From positions 1-48,534 of the forward strand of contig ADNK01001990.1 in the NCBI GenBank assembly GCA_000320545.1: a stretch of 48,534 nt of DNA. Direction: 5' to 3'. Each line of letters opens with the position of its first letter. The first letter of the stretch is position 1. The stretch comes from Bigelowiella natans CCMP2755. Its lineage: Eukaryota > Protista > Cercozoa. Below the pieces are notes generated by a model. It ran no database searches and had not been told where the DNA came from. It was given only the letters and a program-made list of their open reading frames with translations. The translations under genes were made by a program, and so were the position numbers. Shown here one piece after another: positions 14,884 through 28,229 of this stretch.

Positions 14884-15206
14884 TGCGCACGTCCTATCAC
14901 CAGGCGGGAGGGAGCAATAGTAGAAATTGTGGACTTCCTGAAGACCAACATGAGGGGGCATTCAGTGTCTAAGACGCTCGACCACTCAGCGGTCGCAAAG
15001 ATGTTTTACGGCATCTCCAGCGACATATCCCATAGCTCCGAATGGGCATCACGCACGCGTTTCTGGGGAAGGTATGAATCTGTTCATATTGTTTCATTTG
15101 AAAGAAGAATCATGCAAAATGTATCATCATAGAATCTGCGGTGGCAGCGTCTCGTTGTCGTTTTTATCTCACATGTAGTCCGAGTACCTGAGTAACAGTA
15201 TGTATA

Positions 15207-15251
<45 letters not shown>

Positions 15252-15346
15252 TGTGTGCATCGGACAGGTTTTCCGATTTCCGATTTACAGATGTTAGAGA
15301 ATGCGCACGAAAAGCAATGATATTGTGGAAAACGAAGAAGACATAA
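8223..15346 (+). CDS. RECQL4: RecQ4-family DNA helicase with N-terminal Sld2-like domain, multi-exon
   Basis: N-terminus IKVWEKNFFSQHGRKPSGRDIRKEP..LYKEYKRLK (Sld2/Drc1-like). Helicase motifs FRPGQ, GRGKSLCY, VSPLISLMDDQ, VDEAHCVSEWSHNFRPAY, LTATAT, YHAG, ATVAFGMGLDK, QETGRAGRD. RecQ4-type C-terminus AVAKMFYGISS..FWGR; stop 15344-15346. Confidence 0.93.
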
Positions 15347-17163
15347 AGACCTAACTTCAACCGATTCGACAAGTAGATTGTTAGACTGCCTGCGCATGTA
15401 AAGACATAACATCCGCCAACACAATTCCTTTACTTCGCAATGTACTGCCGTGTTCTTTTGTTAGTCTTGCTATTATCAGCAGGCTTACTCGTCTAGCTGA
15501 CCTGCCAGCCCTTCTAGCCTGCAGCAATGTTTGCATGCTCACGCATGCTAGCATGGCACGATTTGCATGTGCGCACGCGGTGCTGGAAAGTGCACATGCA
15601 ACGAACGCACTACGCACAATGGCTGCTTACTACATGAAGCGCCGTGAGTGAGCATGTGCTTGCTATTACGTCGTGGATATTCTCACATATGCTGTGCAGC
15701 ACGCGTACATCATAACAATCAGAGCTCGACGTAGTCATCACCATTGTACTGCACGTCGTACATGCATGCATGACGAGCATCAGCACAAGGTAACAATGCA
15801 CAAGTACGAAGCCTTGCCTTGTTTGTACGATACGTACAAATACATACGTCATGTGACACAACATCTAGAATAAGGCCCTGCTGCGATCGTGGCGATCATT
15901 GGCTATGTTGCAAATATGCAGACGTCTCATAAGAACAACGCGCTCACAATGAGTTGGTCGATCGATAACGCATAGACAAAGCGTACAGTGCATTCATTAT
16001 ACAGACTATGTATACTGTGTCTATTGTGATACGTCATGCAAATCACTATCGACGTAGTTCTATGTATCTTAGAACTGTGCGCAGTAAACATCACCATGAT
16101 CCATGCTCTACAACAACAAATAAACCTTTCCGAAGTCGGAATCTTGCGAAGGCAAGTTTCTCCCGAATTCATCATCGTTTTGATTTCAAACACTAGTACT
16201 AATTCATAATAGCACTTTCTTACGCTATCTTATGGTACTATTAACACCAAAATTACTGTTATGGTTAGACTCACCCCTAAAGAGCCAACCAAAAGTATTG
16301 ATGCTTGTCGAACTTTAGTAGCTGATACACTGCAAGCGAGAACGTCGTATGCGAATTCCCCGAGTCAGCAAAATAAGTTTTGTCCAGGTGTCACCTACGG
16401 ATACATAACTCACAAAAATGCCTTCACCAAGCCTGATAATTTATCAGTACCACAGCCGCGGTGAGAGGAATGACCGTGAACCATCTGTATTTAGGCGATG
16501 CTTCTGTAGCAACGATGGGAACATAGATTGCGATGGCCACGACAAGAAACACTGGTGCGAGCTACATGGCCGTACAAAGGGAAACAGTCACATTCACCTA
16601 CACGTTAATTCCTTAATCTCTCACCATAATTCTATTTTTCTCATCCTGAGTCATCCTGTTCCAAATAGAGGAAGGATTATCAACTTTTGGGGCTTGCAGG
16701 CTCAGGATATTTCCCATCGAGGAGGCGTTGTCAGCCATCCTCTGACACCAACGCTCGGCGTCGTTCCGAAGGGTTGTCGTTATCCTTTGCCCAAATGAGA
16801 GTTATGTCCTAGGATGTCGCCGCAAAATAATGTGTTTTCAGAATTAATTATTCGGTCATAGATCTATATGTCGTGTCGCGAGATATTTTGCAATCCTTTC
16901 CGAAAACAGATACCAACGACATTACGAAAAAGTAACGGTGGTAATCCCGGTATTTTCGAGCCATTTCATCAGCATTATGAACTCGGGATGCATCATTTTT
17001 TCAAAATTAGATTGTAATTTACACTAATTATCGCCGAAATGTTCCAGTCCATTTCGATGTTACAGATCATGTAACTTCCTTGACGCACTCGATAAACGCC
17101 TTTGAAGTTGTGTCATTTACTTGACCACATCTCCTCGCATCGAGCTACTCTCCCCCCTTAGCA

Positions 17164-19405
17164 ATGAGATCCTTTTTAGGGTTAGGCCTTCCATTAGCAT
17201 GCCTGATTTGCCTATTCTTGGGTTGCGATGGCTTAAGCCATGTGTCTAAGTCCCAAGAGGGCACCCTCAAAGCAGGAACACAAGATGATGGAGTGGCACT
17301 AATGAAAAAGGTCTGTTTCACTTGCTTAATCCAACTTAATCGTAGGAACTATGTTTCAATCGTCCTGTGATTCCCTCTGTCGTTGAAATCTGTATTCAAT
17401 ATTTTGAATAAATAAAATCTCACTCACATGGATGCCTCGTTAGGATAAGGGCTTTGCTCAGCAGACGAAAGAGGTGGTGCACGAAATCACCACCGCTCGT
17501 CGAACTTGGGCGGAAGAGGCTATGGAGGACAAATTCAAAGTTTGGGTCCGTAATATCATCACTTGTCAACATTGATTTCCCAAGCTTATACCCTATCAAT
17601 ATGAAGGCACAATTCTGGACGAATGTTGGAAGTATGTTCATGATCAAGATAATTGCGGGAATCGACGATGTCTTCTGGGTAAGCCATTCTTTGTCAGCAT
17701 CGTTTGCCAGATCTTTCAAGTGACTACCTATATTCATCCATTCATGGAAATGTATTTCAGGCTGCCTCGGTCTTGAACACAAACTGCCGCAGCTACAATA
17801 TACAAGCTGGTTTAGTGTACCTAGGAGTTGCCATATCTGTGACGGCAGTAAGCGGCATAGTATCCTTCCTGATCTCCCAAAACCTCGAAAGATTTCTCAC
17901 AGGAGGGTACGATTCATTTCACGGAATTGCTCATGATTTCCCCATGTACTCACGCAGCTGTGCACCAGGTATTGGAATGCGGAACGTCTCTCAGCTGTAG
18001 TCTGCGGGTCGCTGCTGATTCTCTACTCCGTCAAGATATACTTCGACGAGGATGAGGAAGAAGAAGAAGAAGAAAACGAAGATCAAGAGGTGGAGAAGTT
18101 GGTCCAAAAGGAGGTTAGTATCATTCAGCACCACTAGCTGTCAATCTAGCAACATCATAAACCATTGTACCTCCTCAGGAGCTCGGAGAAGCAACCATCG
18201 TTTTCGGAGCGCTGAAACAACTATCCGATGGAGTTGAGAATGATGCAGAAGACCTCTTGTGCGGAGGCAACATCGTTGACCAGGATGTAATCATCCAAAA
18301 CTCTCCACCAAGGAAATCCCCTGTATCAGAGGAAGTTAAGGATGGTATGACAAAAAGTGCCGGGGAGGAGGAGCCTGCTTCTGGGGAAGACACTGTCGAC
18401 CTCAAGCCTAAAATCGGTATACATCTTTCATCAAGAAATATGAGATGATCCCAAAGTTATGTGTTGATGTGGAGAGGCTGGCACATCCCGCCGGGAGATA
18501 TCTAAAATCTTAGAATTTTGAGAGCCGAATGAAGGCTTACAGCGTGTATCTCACCAACAATTTTGCGCAGCCAAACGACCTAAAACAGAAGAGTTTATTA
18601 TTCCACGGTGCCAAGCCTTACAGACTACTTTTTTTATGTCATTCATATGCCCTACCCTAATCCTTCTCTCCCTCCCTCCCTCCCTCCCTCCCTTCCGTTC
18701 CAGCATTGAGCACGTTCGCAACTGTAGCGATCCTCGGCGTCACGGATGATGCAGTGCTTTTTGTCTGCCTCACCATCGGGTATAAAATTAGCCATGTGTT
18801 TATGTTGGTGCACCTTCTCATGTACTTCCTTCTGCTGCTAATGCTGCTGCTGCTACTGCTACTGATGATGATGATGATGCGACCCTGCAGAATTGCGGCT
18901 ACGACTGTGTCGTAGTGCTTCTGTAGACCAGCAGAAAGACGCACGATTTGTTCTTTTCTGATGATATACCTCTTCTTCTTTTCCTGCTCTGTTCCGGCCT
19001 CTTTCGCAGTTCAAGTGTGACGTTTATGGAGTTGATTATCGGCTCTGCTCTGGGATCTCTCTGCATCTTACTGTTCTGTCTCGCGCTCGGATACGTTCGC
19101 TGTTGCGTTGAGGTATGAATCAAAATAGTTGCAGTGCTATTCACAGAAGGGGGGGGGGTGCGTGCAGCACAACACCGAGAAACTGTCTACACCTGGGAAT
19201 CGTTCATGTGGATAGACAGAGTGAAGAGAGATACTCCTACTCTCGCTGTAGCGCGAGGGAACTTTGTATTTTCAGCAACGATGATCATTGGTGTTGGCAA
19301 CGGTGTATTCACTTGACTGATGTGATGCTTACTCTTTAGTTGCTAGCCAAGATACCTTTCTGGTCGATCGTAGCCATCCTCGGTACTCATATCAGATCAC
19401 ACACA

Positions 19406-19476
<71 letters not shown>

Positions 19477-19622
19477 TACATTAATTTTCGTTGCTGCATG
19501 ATTGCTGCCGTAATAATGGAGGTGATTGATATTGATTTCCCCTTTAATTTCTTCTTCCTTTTTTCGTCCTTTCAACAGGTATTTGGGTCCTCACTAATGG
19601 GTTATTCGACATGGGAATCTGA
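17164..19622 (+). CDS. Multi-pass membrane protein, CadD/LysE-superfamily-like, with N-terminal signal peptide
   Basis: Signal-like MRSFLGLGLPLACLICLFLGCDG. Two hydrophobic halves each carry an acidic pair (AGIDDVFW..GLVYLG; LGVTDDAVLF), separated by an acidic loop. Ends LLAKIPFWSIVAILGIWVLTNGLFDMGI*. The family assignment is from motif recall. Confidence 0.5.
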
Positions 19623-20496
19623 TCGCTTTCCACCATACCCCAACCATGATTCCTTCGCCAATCGGGAATACCAGTGAAATGTAACATATATGCAACCGAC
19701 AACTGGAAGATATGGTGGTGCGTATCATCCCTATCAACAACATAGGCAGTCATTTTGAATTCGTGGCGGCTTTATGCTTCTGAGTCGTCTTATAATAGTT
19801 TGTAAGTCTTGATAAGTTTTCCTGTGTCTTTGTGATACACCTCATCTGTACCATCAAGACGAATCTGCACGTTACGTTCGTTCTGAACATTGCTAGATTG
19901 TCATAACAGCAACCGTTTCTATTTCAACGATAATGCCTCATAACCAGCCCTATAATCTGCACATGATGATGATGCAAATTGTGGGCGTGCGCACCAGTTC
20001 ATGTCAAGATGTGTACCTGCATGCGTGCGCATGAGACCAACAATAGCAAACCGGTTAGATCATCACTGCATGTGTGCATGTGCATCATTCTCATTGCACA
20101 AATTGTCTTGCATTGCAATCAGCTACTGTTAGTTCTATTCTATGTGACAAAGTTAGCGTTGCTTGCACATGTTTATATTGTGATGTTGTGCACGCGTGGC
20201 CGCACCATGTTGTGTTCATCGATCTAATTTATAAATTGTTGTTCTGAAAACAAATCGATGCGATCGCACCCATCGTCAAGTACGTATGCGTACAATGAAG
20301 CCCTCGACCGTCCCTGTGCATGTTAGCATGCGTTCGTTCTGTATCATCGCATTATACATCATGTAAGAACATATAAACAACATGCATGCTCATGATGATT
20401 CTAAAGCTGAGGTCGCATTAGTAGGCGGAAACGTGCGCAACACGTAAATGTACAAAGCAACTATTGCTTTCAAAATGTTAGAGAAATAACGTTGCA

Positions 20497-21698
20497 CTAT
20501 AGTAATGCTGCCCATGAAGTTTGAGTTAGTAAGCTTCTCTTTCTCAGCTCTGCCATAGCCATCATCGAGCACATTGCAGAAGTCGGAATCATCTTGCCTG
20601 TGCAATTTTAATCAACAATAGTAATATGGAGACAGCCAATACATACACATGAAATTTTCTTCTAAGCAATATTGTGTGTGTGTGTGTGCGTGTGTGTGTG
20701 TGCAAGTACAGCATCAACAAAGTTTCAAGCGTACGTACTATCATATAACACATTCTACTTATTTACCTGATTTAATCAAGAAGAAAAGTACTGCCAAACT
20801 CACCTTTATAATTCAGATAGGTCGTGTGTGGAAAAAGATCTCCAGATTTTTTTAGAAAATTAGAAAATGCTGCGTAGTATTCTACTATACCTCATGGACA
20901 TGTATGAGCCCTTCCTCCTCAAGATCGCGTTGTCTCTTGTTTTTGTCTTTGGGGTCGACCTTCCTCGAGTCAAGAGAAAGAAAAGGATACCAACTGTTTT
21001 GACTGAACCTGATGATGATGATGATAAAGAAGATAGTGATGATGAGGATGGCAATGGACATTAAATCCTTCTTTGCTGTGTTCAGAATTTATTCACGTAT
21101 GTACTAGCCACGCGCACGCACAAATTATTCACATAAATAGCCATGTCCCGGAGGGTAAGACTTGTACATGAGATTGAGAGGAGGGAACGGGGGGGGGGGG
21201 GGGAGGGAAGGAAACAGGGACAAAGACAGGGGGGAAATTCGGTTGTATTCGTACGATATCTCTGCGATCCCAGTTTTCCTATCATCCAGCAGTGGAATCA
21301 TCCTAAATGTAGATGCAATGAATGTGTTGTATGTAAAGCGTCCTTTTTTATAACAAATTTGTGGATTACCATCCCTATCACTATCATCACTATAGCATTC
21401 TTCCCCCCCCTTCCATGTTGCTTGTGGATCACGCATACCTTCCTTTCACCAACATAGCCTCTTCTGCAAGCTCATTGCACGCACATTCGTTCAGATCCTT
21501 GGCCTTACTCCTATCCCACCCTGATGAATCAGAGGAGCACGGCATCCGCATCTTATTCCAAACGCTTACATGGCATTCAAAGGTACAACTAGTATGTATA
21601 TGGTCATATGTTGGTTTTGTGAGGGAAAGTAGTCTGTTGTGTTGCTGTTCATTCGAGTATAATATCGGAAAAAATAGATAGATATATAACCTCTTTCT

Positions 21699-21757
<59 letters not shown>

Positions 21758-22604
21758 TTAATAAACAGAATCTAATTATATGCACACCTCCCGTCGGTAA
21801 CTGCCACCACCATTGATTGAGCCCTTGCTGCCATTCCTGCGATTCGGTTGTAGTAAGATGTTCGTTCACACAGTGTACAAAGTAACAACGGCATTTCTAA
21901 ACTTCAGCGCCTATTCTATCCAGTGGGTGATTTGTGTGTAATAACCCGTATGATAGTCACTGTCTGCGAGGCATGGTGAAACGGGAAGACAACGACGTAA
22001 GCATATCTGCAATAGTGGCAGGGAAAGATTACGACGTGGAGCTGCAACAGCAGAAGTCCAAATTGGTGTCATGCCCATCATTGCATTACGAAATTCGATA
22101 AACGTGCACTTACGTTGGAGGATGCCCGCAAAGCTGATATTTGATCTGTAAATCAGGGGAATGAAATTAATTGCTTTCTCCCCTCCTCGCCCCCTCCCCG
22201 CCCCCTCTCTGCCCGTCTATGTTCTATGTGTTTGTGCGTTGTGTTTGTTTTGCTTGAGACTTTGGACGCTCAAACTAGTAGTAGTAGGTGAAATTGCCTG
22301 GTTTCCTTTCGGATGTTTCACAAGACGCTCCCGTACCTGGCACAACGAACATCAAACGACGAACATCAAACGCTGAACAGATGATTGGGATCGCCCATGT
22401 TTTGCACATCAAAATGCAACATCAATTTACAATCTTTACCTCCCAGAAATCCTTGTGAACACTCATTTGATGTATGATTTTCAGTGGCTCGGAAGGGTAC
22501 TTCGCTTCAAGCTCCTGAACCACTGTTTCGACGCTCTTCTGGCTGGACGAGGGGTTGGACGAGGAACAAGAACGTTTTGATCCAGCAGAACAAGCAGCTC
22601 CCAT
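20497..22604 (-). CDS. Nudix-family hydrolase, multi-exon, with predicted N-myristoylation
   Basis: Exons join in phase: MGAACSAG..., GHPPTYAYVVVFPFH..VTIIREWQQG..WQLPTGG, degenerate Nudix box WDRSKAKDLNECACNELAEEAML, RDLEEEGLI, ..WAALL*. Confidence 0.75.
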
Positions 22605-23145
22605 GGTGTGGTTAACAGTCGCTCGCTCTACTCTCCCAACAAACGAATTGCGACTGCTGTTGTGCCTTTTCTATCGGTAAAACATCTAAGAAAAAGATAC
22701 AAGAAACATATCATTTTAGGAAAAATATTGTACGAGGAACATCTCTAGATCTGTTACAGCATCTGAGCTAGGTAGCAAAGGCGCAACACAGCAGATTCGC
22801 AACCCGGTAAACACGCTGGTTTGTGTGATGTTCTGCCATTAAAGAGTTATTATCATTAAAAACGGCCTGTATATTCCTAAGATTGTTCAAGTTGAAACCT
22901 TATTTTTAAGCCTCATCTCTCCGTCGCAAATCGTCATTCTTCGAATTTTCCAGATGCTGGGGAGTTTCGACAAATATTAATATATGGATATTTTAAAGTA
23001 TTTTCCGGCAATTTTAATGTCGTCTTATCAATTTAGGTTAAATTCGCCATTGGAAGAATGTATGAAGGATAAGGTAAATATCTGACAACTTGCAGACTCG
23101 CTCCCCTGATACTGCAGCGAAGCGAGTGAAAAGAGCGTCTTGATT
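22605..23145. promoter_or_regulatory. Putative bidirectional promoter region (Nudix / AP1S)
   Basis: About 540 bp between divergent start codons. Based on position only. Confidence 0.4.
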
Positions 23146-23989
23146 ATGATAGAGCTAATCCTTCTGGTCAACAGACAGGGAAAGGTAAAATTCCCATTAG
23201 TCACGGCTCTATAAAGAGCATGACTTACTCTGAAACCAGCCTTGTCTGGATTCTTGAAGTTCTGTGCCTTCTCCGTATGAAGTTGCATTTGAGCTGTCAG
23301 TATGAGGGCAGCAGATACCAATTTTGCATGATTGAGGCGTTGTTTTATGATATCCGTGAGGTTTTAGCCACAGCAGAATGTTTCTGTAGTAATAAGCAAT
23401 GCATTTAAGTCGGATGGTTGAAAATACCCAGGTCCGTCTTTCCAAATGGTACAAACCAGTAAAGAGGAAGGATAAGCTACGCATTGTTCGTGAAATTGGG
23501 TCTTCCGTCATTAAGAGAGAGAAACAAAAGCTTTGCAACTTTATGGAATGGAAGGACAAGCTAATTGTGTTCAAGCGCTACGCATCTCTTTTCTTCGTAG
23601 GGGTAGTTCATTCACGAAGTATCGATATCATTCATGTGAATCAGCAAGCAAAATCTCTTTTTTTTAATCGCCACGATGTCTTGGAATTTGTGATTCTTGG
23701 GCACTAAATCACGTTTTATCAATAGGTAATCGAGCGTGAGGATAACGAGTTACTGATGCTAGAGACCATCCATCATTTCGTCGAGACCCTAGATGGCTAT
23801 TTCGGCAACGTGTGCGAGTTGGACATAATATTCAACTTCCACAAAGCCTACTTTATTCTCGACGAGCTTATTATCGCAGGACAGCTTCAAGAAACAAGTA
23901 AGAGAAAGGTAATCCAGGCCTGCCACGCCCAAGACCTACAAATGGAAGAGGGTAAAGACGGGAAAAAGGATGACAAGAAGGGAATTTAG
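23146..23989 (+). CDS. AP1S: AP-1 adaptor complex sigma subunit (3 exons)
   Basis: [13 protein letters not shown]|[17 protein letters not shown]|..[54 protein letters not shown]. Confidence 0.93.
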
Positions 23990-24902
23990 ATTGTGAGCTA
24001 GAAGAATTAGAACTCACAAGCTATGGTAAAACAATTTACCAAGTATCCATTTATGTGAGTGCTCCAAGTGTAGGTGGAAGTCTTATTGCACCTTATTCGA
24101 CCTGTTAGGGCGATTAATGATAACATATATTCAAGTGACAACCATGCATGCATTGTGCTACACTTGCAGAAGTACGGTGACTGTAAACGTATACACATAC
24201 CAGCATCGTGCTATGCACGAGACTACGATGTTTGTTACCAGCTGTTAGCTCTAGAGCTAGCGTCAGAGCGTTTCAATGACACTAGTTGCTAGCGCTTAAT
24301 TCCAAGGCTGCTACAATCTTACACACCTCTAGACCTGTACGTGCGTACACGCGACTAGTTTGCGTGAATGTTGCTACGTACAAGCTAGTCCCTCACGTGT
24401 GTGCTAGCTAGCGCGCGAAGCGATCGCGCAGTGCACGCACGTAACATTGCAATGACAAGCCACCACGATGCTGCTAGCAGTTGAGCTTTTTCTAAATTTA
24501 ATCTGTGCTTGTTTGTTGCTGCACATTGTCAACATAATGACTGCTTATATGCATAATATGCTATAGCACAACTACAGACACAGTGTTCACAATGTGTGCG
24601 ATGATAGCATCATGCAACAATAGCAGCATTGTTTTTTATCCTATCTTCATACAGTCGGTGACATGCTCGTGCCTAGCTCTATAGAGCTAGTTATAGCCGC
24701 TGAAATATGCCACTTCTCGTCGGCCATCTCAGCTTGTCAGACCTGCACATACATAATAAGCCCAGCAAGGCTATGTGTAGATATTTAATTTATTCACATC
24801 CGTCTCACAAGTATGTGTACACAGTGAGACGATAGTCCTCGCTCTCTAGACATATGTACAAGCCGTAACACCGCCTATAGCTTACGTTGGATACGATTCT
24901 GG

Positions 24903-27163
24903 TTAAGTAACGCTCGGATCATATTCAGTCTTCCAAGTTTCCTTAAACTTTCTCTTCTCAATTTCTGTAGATCTTTCCAAAAAGTTTTTGTTCATTCTGG
25001 ATCGGTCTTCATTCTTTGTCTGTAGCCTCCGTACCGCGGCAAGTCCTTCCGCACGTCTTCGCTCTGACATCGAAACGCGAAGTTTTTGCATTAATTCGGC
25101 GATCTTCCGGACCTTTTTTGCTTCTTCCTGGAGGTCATCTTCTACCGATTCAGCCTTTTTTGCTGCCGCTTCGATACGTTTCTTCGTCTGTTTTGTGGCA
25201 TCTAGGATCCGCTGACATCAAGTACATCCATTGTAAATTAACACCGCATACATCGTTTGTTATGAAATATCATATGGGCTTCAGATTCGTTAGAGCACAC
25301 GTGCATAGCATGTACCTGCTTGTTCCGCTGTCTGAAGGCTTCTTTTTCCTCCTCCTCTTTTTCTTTAATCCAACTTTCTAAATCCCCGACGAATAATTCA
25401 ATGTTTTCAGATTCATCTTCTTGAATGTCCTGTCCAAAAGTTTATGTGTGAGGCAGCCTCTTTAGCTGATGAGGCACTGATCGATTTACGACCTGGGTCT
25501 TAAGTTCTCCATGGTTATAATAACGGATGTTGAGTGTCTTTTGCGCCAAAGGGCAAGGATCACAGGCAAATACGAATCTCATCTCTGCCCCTCCAGCCCA
25601 TTTGAACATGCCATTCTTATCGACGATCTTACGGCATACCTGTATGATAGTAACTGTGATATTCGTCCCTCCCTTCTCTCTTTCTCTCCCTATCTCTCCT
25701 ACTCGTCTTTGTTGCTTGTGTTCTTCAGTAAGAGCTCTTTGAATATGTAGCGTCTTACCGATGTGACGTCGACCGACTCGCTCTTGCAACCATAAAAGGC
25801 GCTAACAATCCCTACCGTGCAACCCTTTGGGTATGATACAAGCTTCGGATAGCCTCCTCTCCCTTTCCAGTCTTCATTTTATTAAAAGTCAGAAAAAATT
25901 CTTTAAGGTCATGTGTATCTTATCCCGCAGGAGACATGGTTCAAAAAGCTGGGCTACCTGTTTGCAAGAGGAAGCGACCTTGAGCGATGTTGCTCTTCTT
26001 ATTTGCAAACAGGTCCCACCATTTCTTCCTGTGGGACAGGAGAACAGAGATCGGAAGGGTCGTCGTTCCGAGAAACGTATCCTTTAGCATGCCCTGATGT
26101 AACATTTCGATGCAAGCATCCTTGTCGTCTTTTTCTCGTTTCACATTCAAGATTCGACAACTTTGTCTCTCCGATGATGGGTGGCATATTAAGTACATAA
26201 CCCTCAGACACTCAGACTCCTATCCACGCACCTTTTCGTATAGATCGATCTGCAGCTGTTGTGTGGGAGAGTTGTCAGCGGCGCGCACATCAAAGGAGAG
26301 CGTTTGACCCCACTCCGGTGTTTTGCTTGAGCTTTTGTGTGTTGTCGTCGATTTGTTCATTCCCACAAGTTGGGCCTGTTCAAGATATTGCATGCACATG
26401 AAAGTATGATTGAATCGGCATTGTCAGAAGTCACTTACGTAGCAGTAGGTCTCCTGAGCCGGTCTAGTAAGTTCAGCTCTATCAAAGGTCAGAGATAACG
26501 TTCCGTTGTACCTCGAGAATACCCAATCGGGCTCCCCCGAGAGAGATATTTTTACTCGAAGTGAACCTTAGATTCAAAGCCAAAAAATACGGTTGCGAAC
26601 TGGACGCCGAGTTCATCGATATACCTCCATAATTGAGCTTGAGGGTTAGAAGCTGAGGCCAACGAGAGAGTTTATCCTTTTCGGCGGAAACTGATACTTG
26701 CCCGAGTTTGTCGTCTGCTGACCCGAACTGAAATAATGGCGATAATAGAGTACGGCATGTCATCCAGAAATATCATATTAAGCGCGAGAATAATCTTGGA
26801 AGGATCCCGAATTTTCACATACATCCCAGTCCCAGATGAAGAAATCGATTGAATATAAACTCTTGCACTCCGTTTCAAAGGTCTGGTTCCATTCTAAAAA
26901 TAACAGCCATAAATCCCTGTGACTCTTTTCGCCCATCAATTCGAACCTGGATTCAGCGTCTTCTTGATTGTTCGTGTCTTGAAAGTTGCAACTTTAACCT
27001 CCGGGGAAGCCATAGCAACAACCTCCACGTAAGGATCAGAAAGACCATTTTTATCTCCTGCGGGGAGGTTCGAGCCGTCCAACACCTCAATTCGAAGCAT
27101 GTTGTCCCTTTTCTGCGAATGGGGCTGAGTATCCCAATATCTGGCATTGTTCATCATGTCCAT
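24903..27163 (-). CDS. C2-domain protein with C-terminal coiled coil, multi-exon; internal exons uncertain
   Basis: LRIEVLDGSNLPAGDKNGLSDPYVEV..FKTRTIKKTLNP..WNQTF..SADDKLGQVSV is a Ca-binding-type C2 signature. The last exon is charged and helical (..MQKLRVSMSERRRAEG..YDPSVT*). Confidence 0.7.
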
Positions 27164-27323
27164 GTCGCATAGAGAGAATCCATGCCGTTTAGAGAGACCA
27201 TACCGATAATTATGCTGCATATTTACTGGAAATAGGACGTGCGACAACTAAAATTTATTAGTCGCCCAGTCATATTCAAACAACAATGCCTGCCTCAAAA
27301 CCCGCTGGCTCGAGTTCAGAGTG
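27164..27323. promoter_or_regulatory. Very short putative bidirectional promoter (C2 gene / Ras)
   Basis: Only about 160 bp between divergent predicted ATGs. Confidence 0.45.
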
Positions 27324-28229
27324 ATGGCAGAACAAGGAGAAAGAAAAGAAGATGGCACCAAGAAGCTCGAGTTCAAGCTGGCTGTGATGGGATCTGGAGC
27401 GGTGAGAAACACTCTTTGTAATGTGGGGTTCTTCGCGATGCGGGCAGAAATCGAGCTTGCATAGGTGGAACTGACGTGTTTTTCCCGAAAAGGTGGGAAA
27501 GTCAGCTTTAACCATTCGAATGGTGGACGACACCCAGTTTATTGAGGTTCTGATTGATTTGTCCGGTCATGAAAATCATACGCATGTGTGTGTATACAAC
27601 ATGCGCACATACGTCTTAGGGGTACGATCCAACAATCGAAGATAGCTTTCGCACCCAGACTGTCATTGACAGAGAGGCAGCTATCCTAGACATTCTAGAC
27701 ACCGCTGGGCAATCAGAGTTTGAAAGTCTCACGGATTCATGGATAAGAGATGGAGAAGGGTTCGTAGTTAACCAAAATTTCATATAGATATAGATTTAAA
27801 GAAAAGGAATTTCTGCCTCTTTTTTCGGTGAGATCACGTCTAATTCGACATATTCACATCATTTGCAGATTTATACTCGTCTTCGCAATTAATAACAAAG
27901 TATCATTCAACAAAATTTCTTTGTTGAGGGAGAAGATTTTAAGGAGTAAGGACTCAAGAACAGTTCCGATGGTCTTAGTGGGCAATAAATGCGACCTTGT
28001 CCAGGATAGAATAGTATCTGAGAAGGAAGCGAATGCTTTGGCAAAAGAATTTGGCTGTAGATATTTAGAAACATCTGCTAAAGAGGACATAAATTGCAAG
28101 GAGCCTTTTCATCATATAGTGAGAATTATAAGACACAAATTTGTATCGGGTCAAGTAGACGAAGAACCAGAAAGTCCGACTCGACCTACAAGACGTAGAG
28201 GTTTAAGGTCACTTTGCGTGATTTTGTAG
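27324..28229 (+). CDS. Ras-subfamily small GTPase (4 exons)
   Basis: GSGAVGKS, effector loop [22 protein letters not shown], basic tail and CaaX CVIL. Confidence 0.93.

Noticed and set aside
16261-16798. ORFs between RECQL4 and the CadD-like gene
   Set aside because: No motifs or convincing exon structure.
3299-19622. Two metal-transporter-like genes as a functional cluster
   Set aside because: They are separated by RECQL4, with no evidence of co-regulation.
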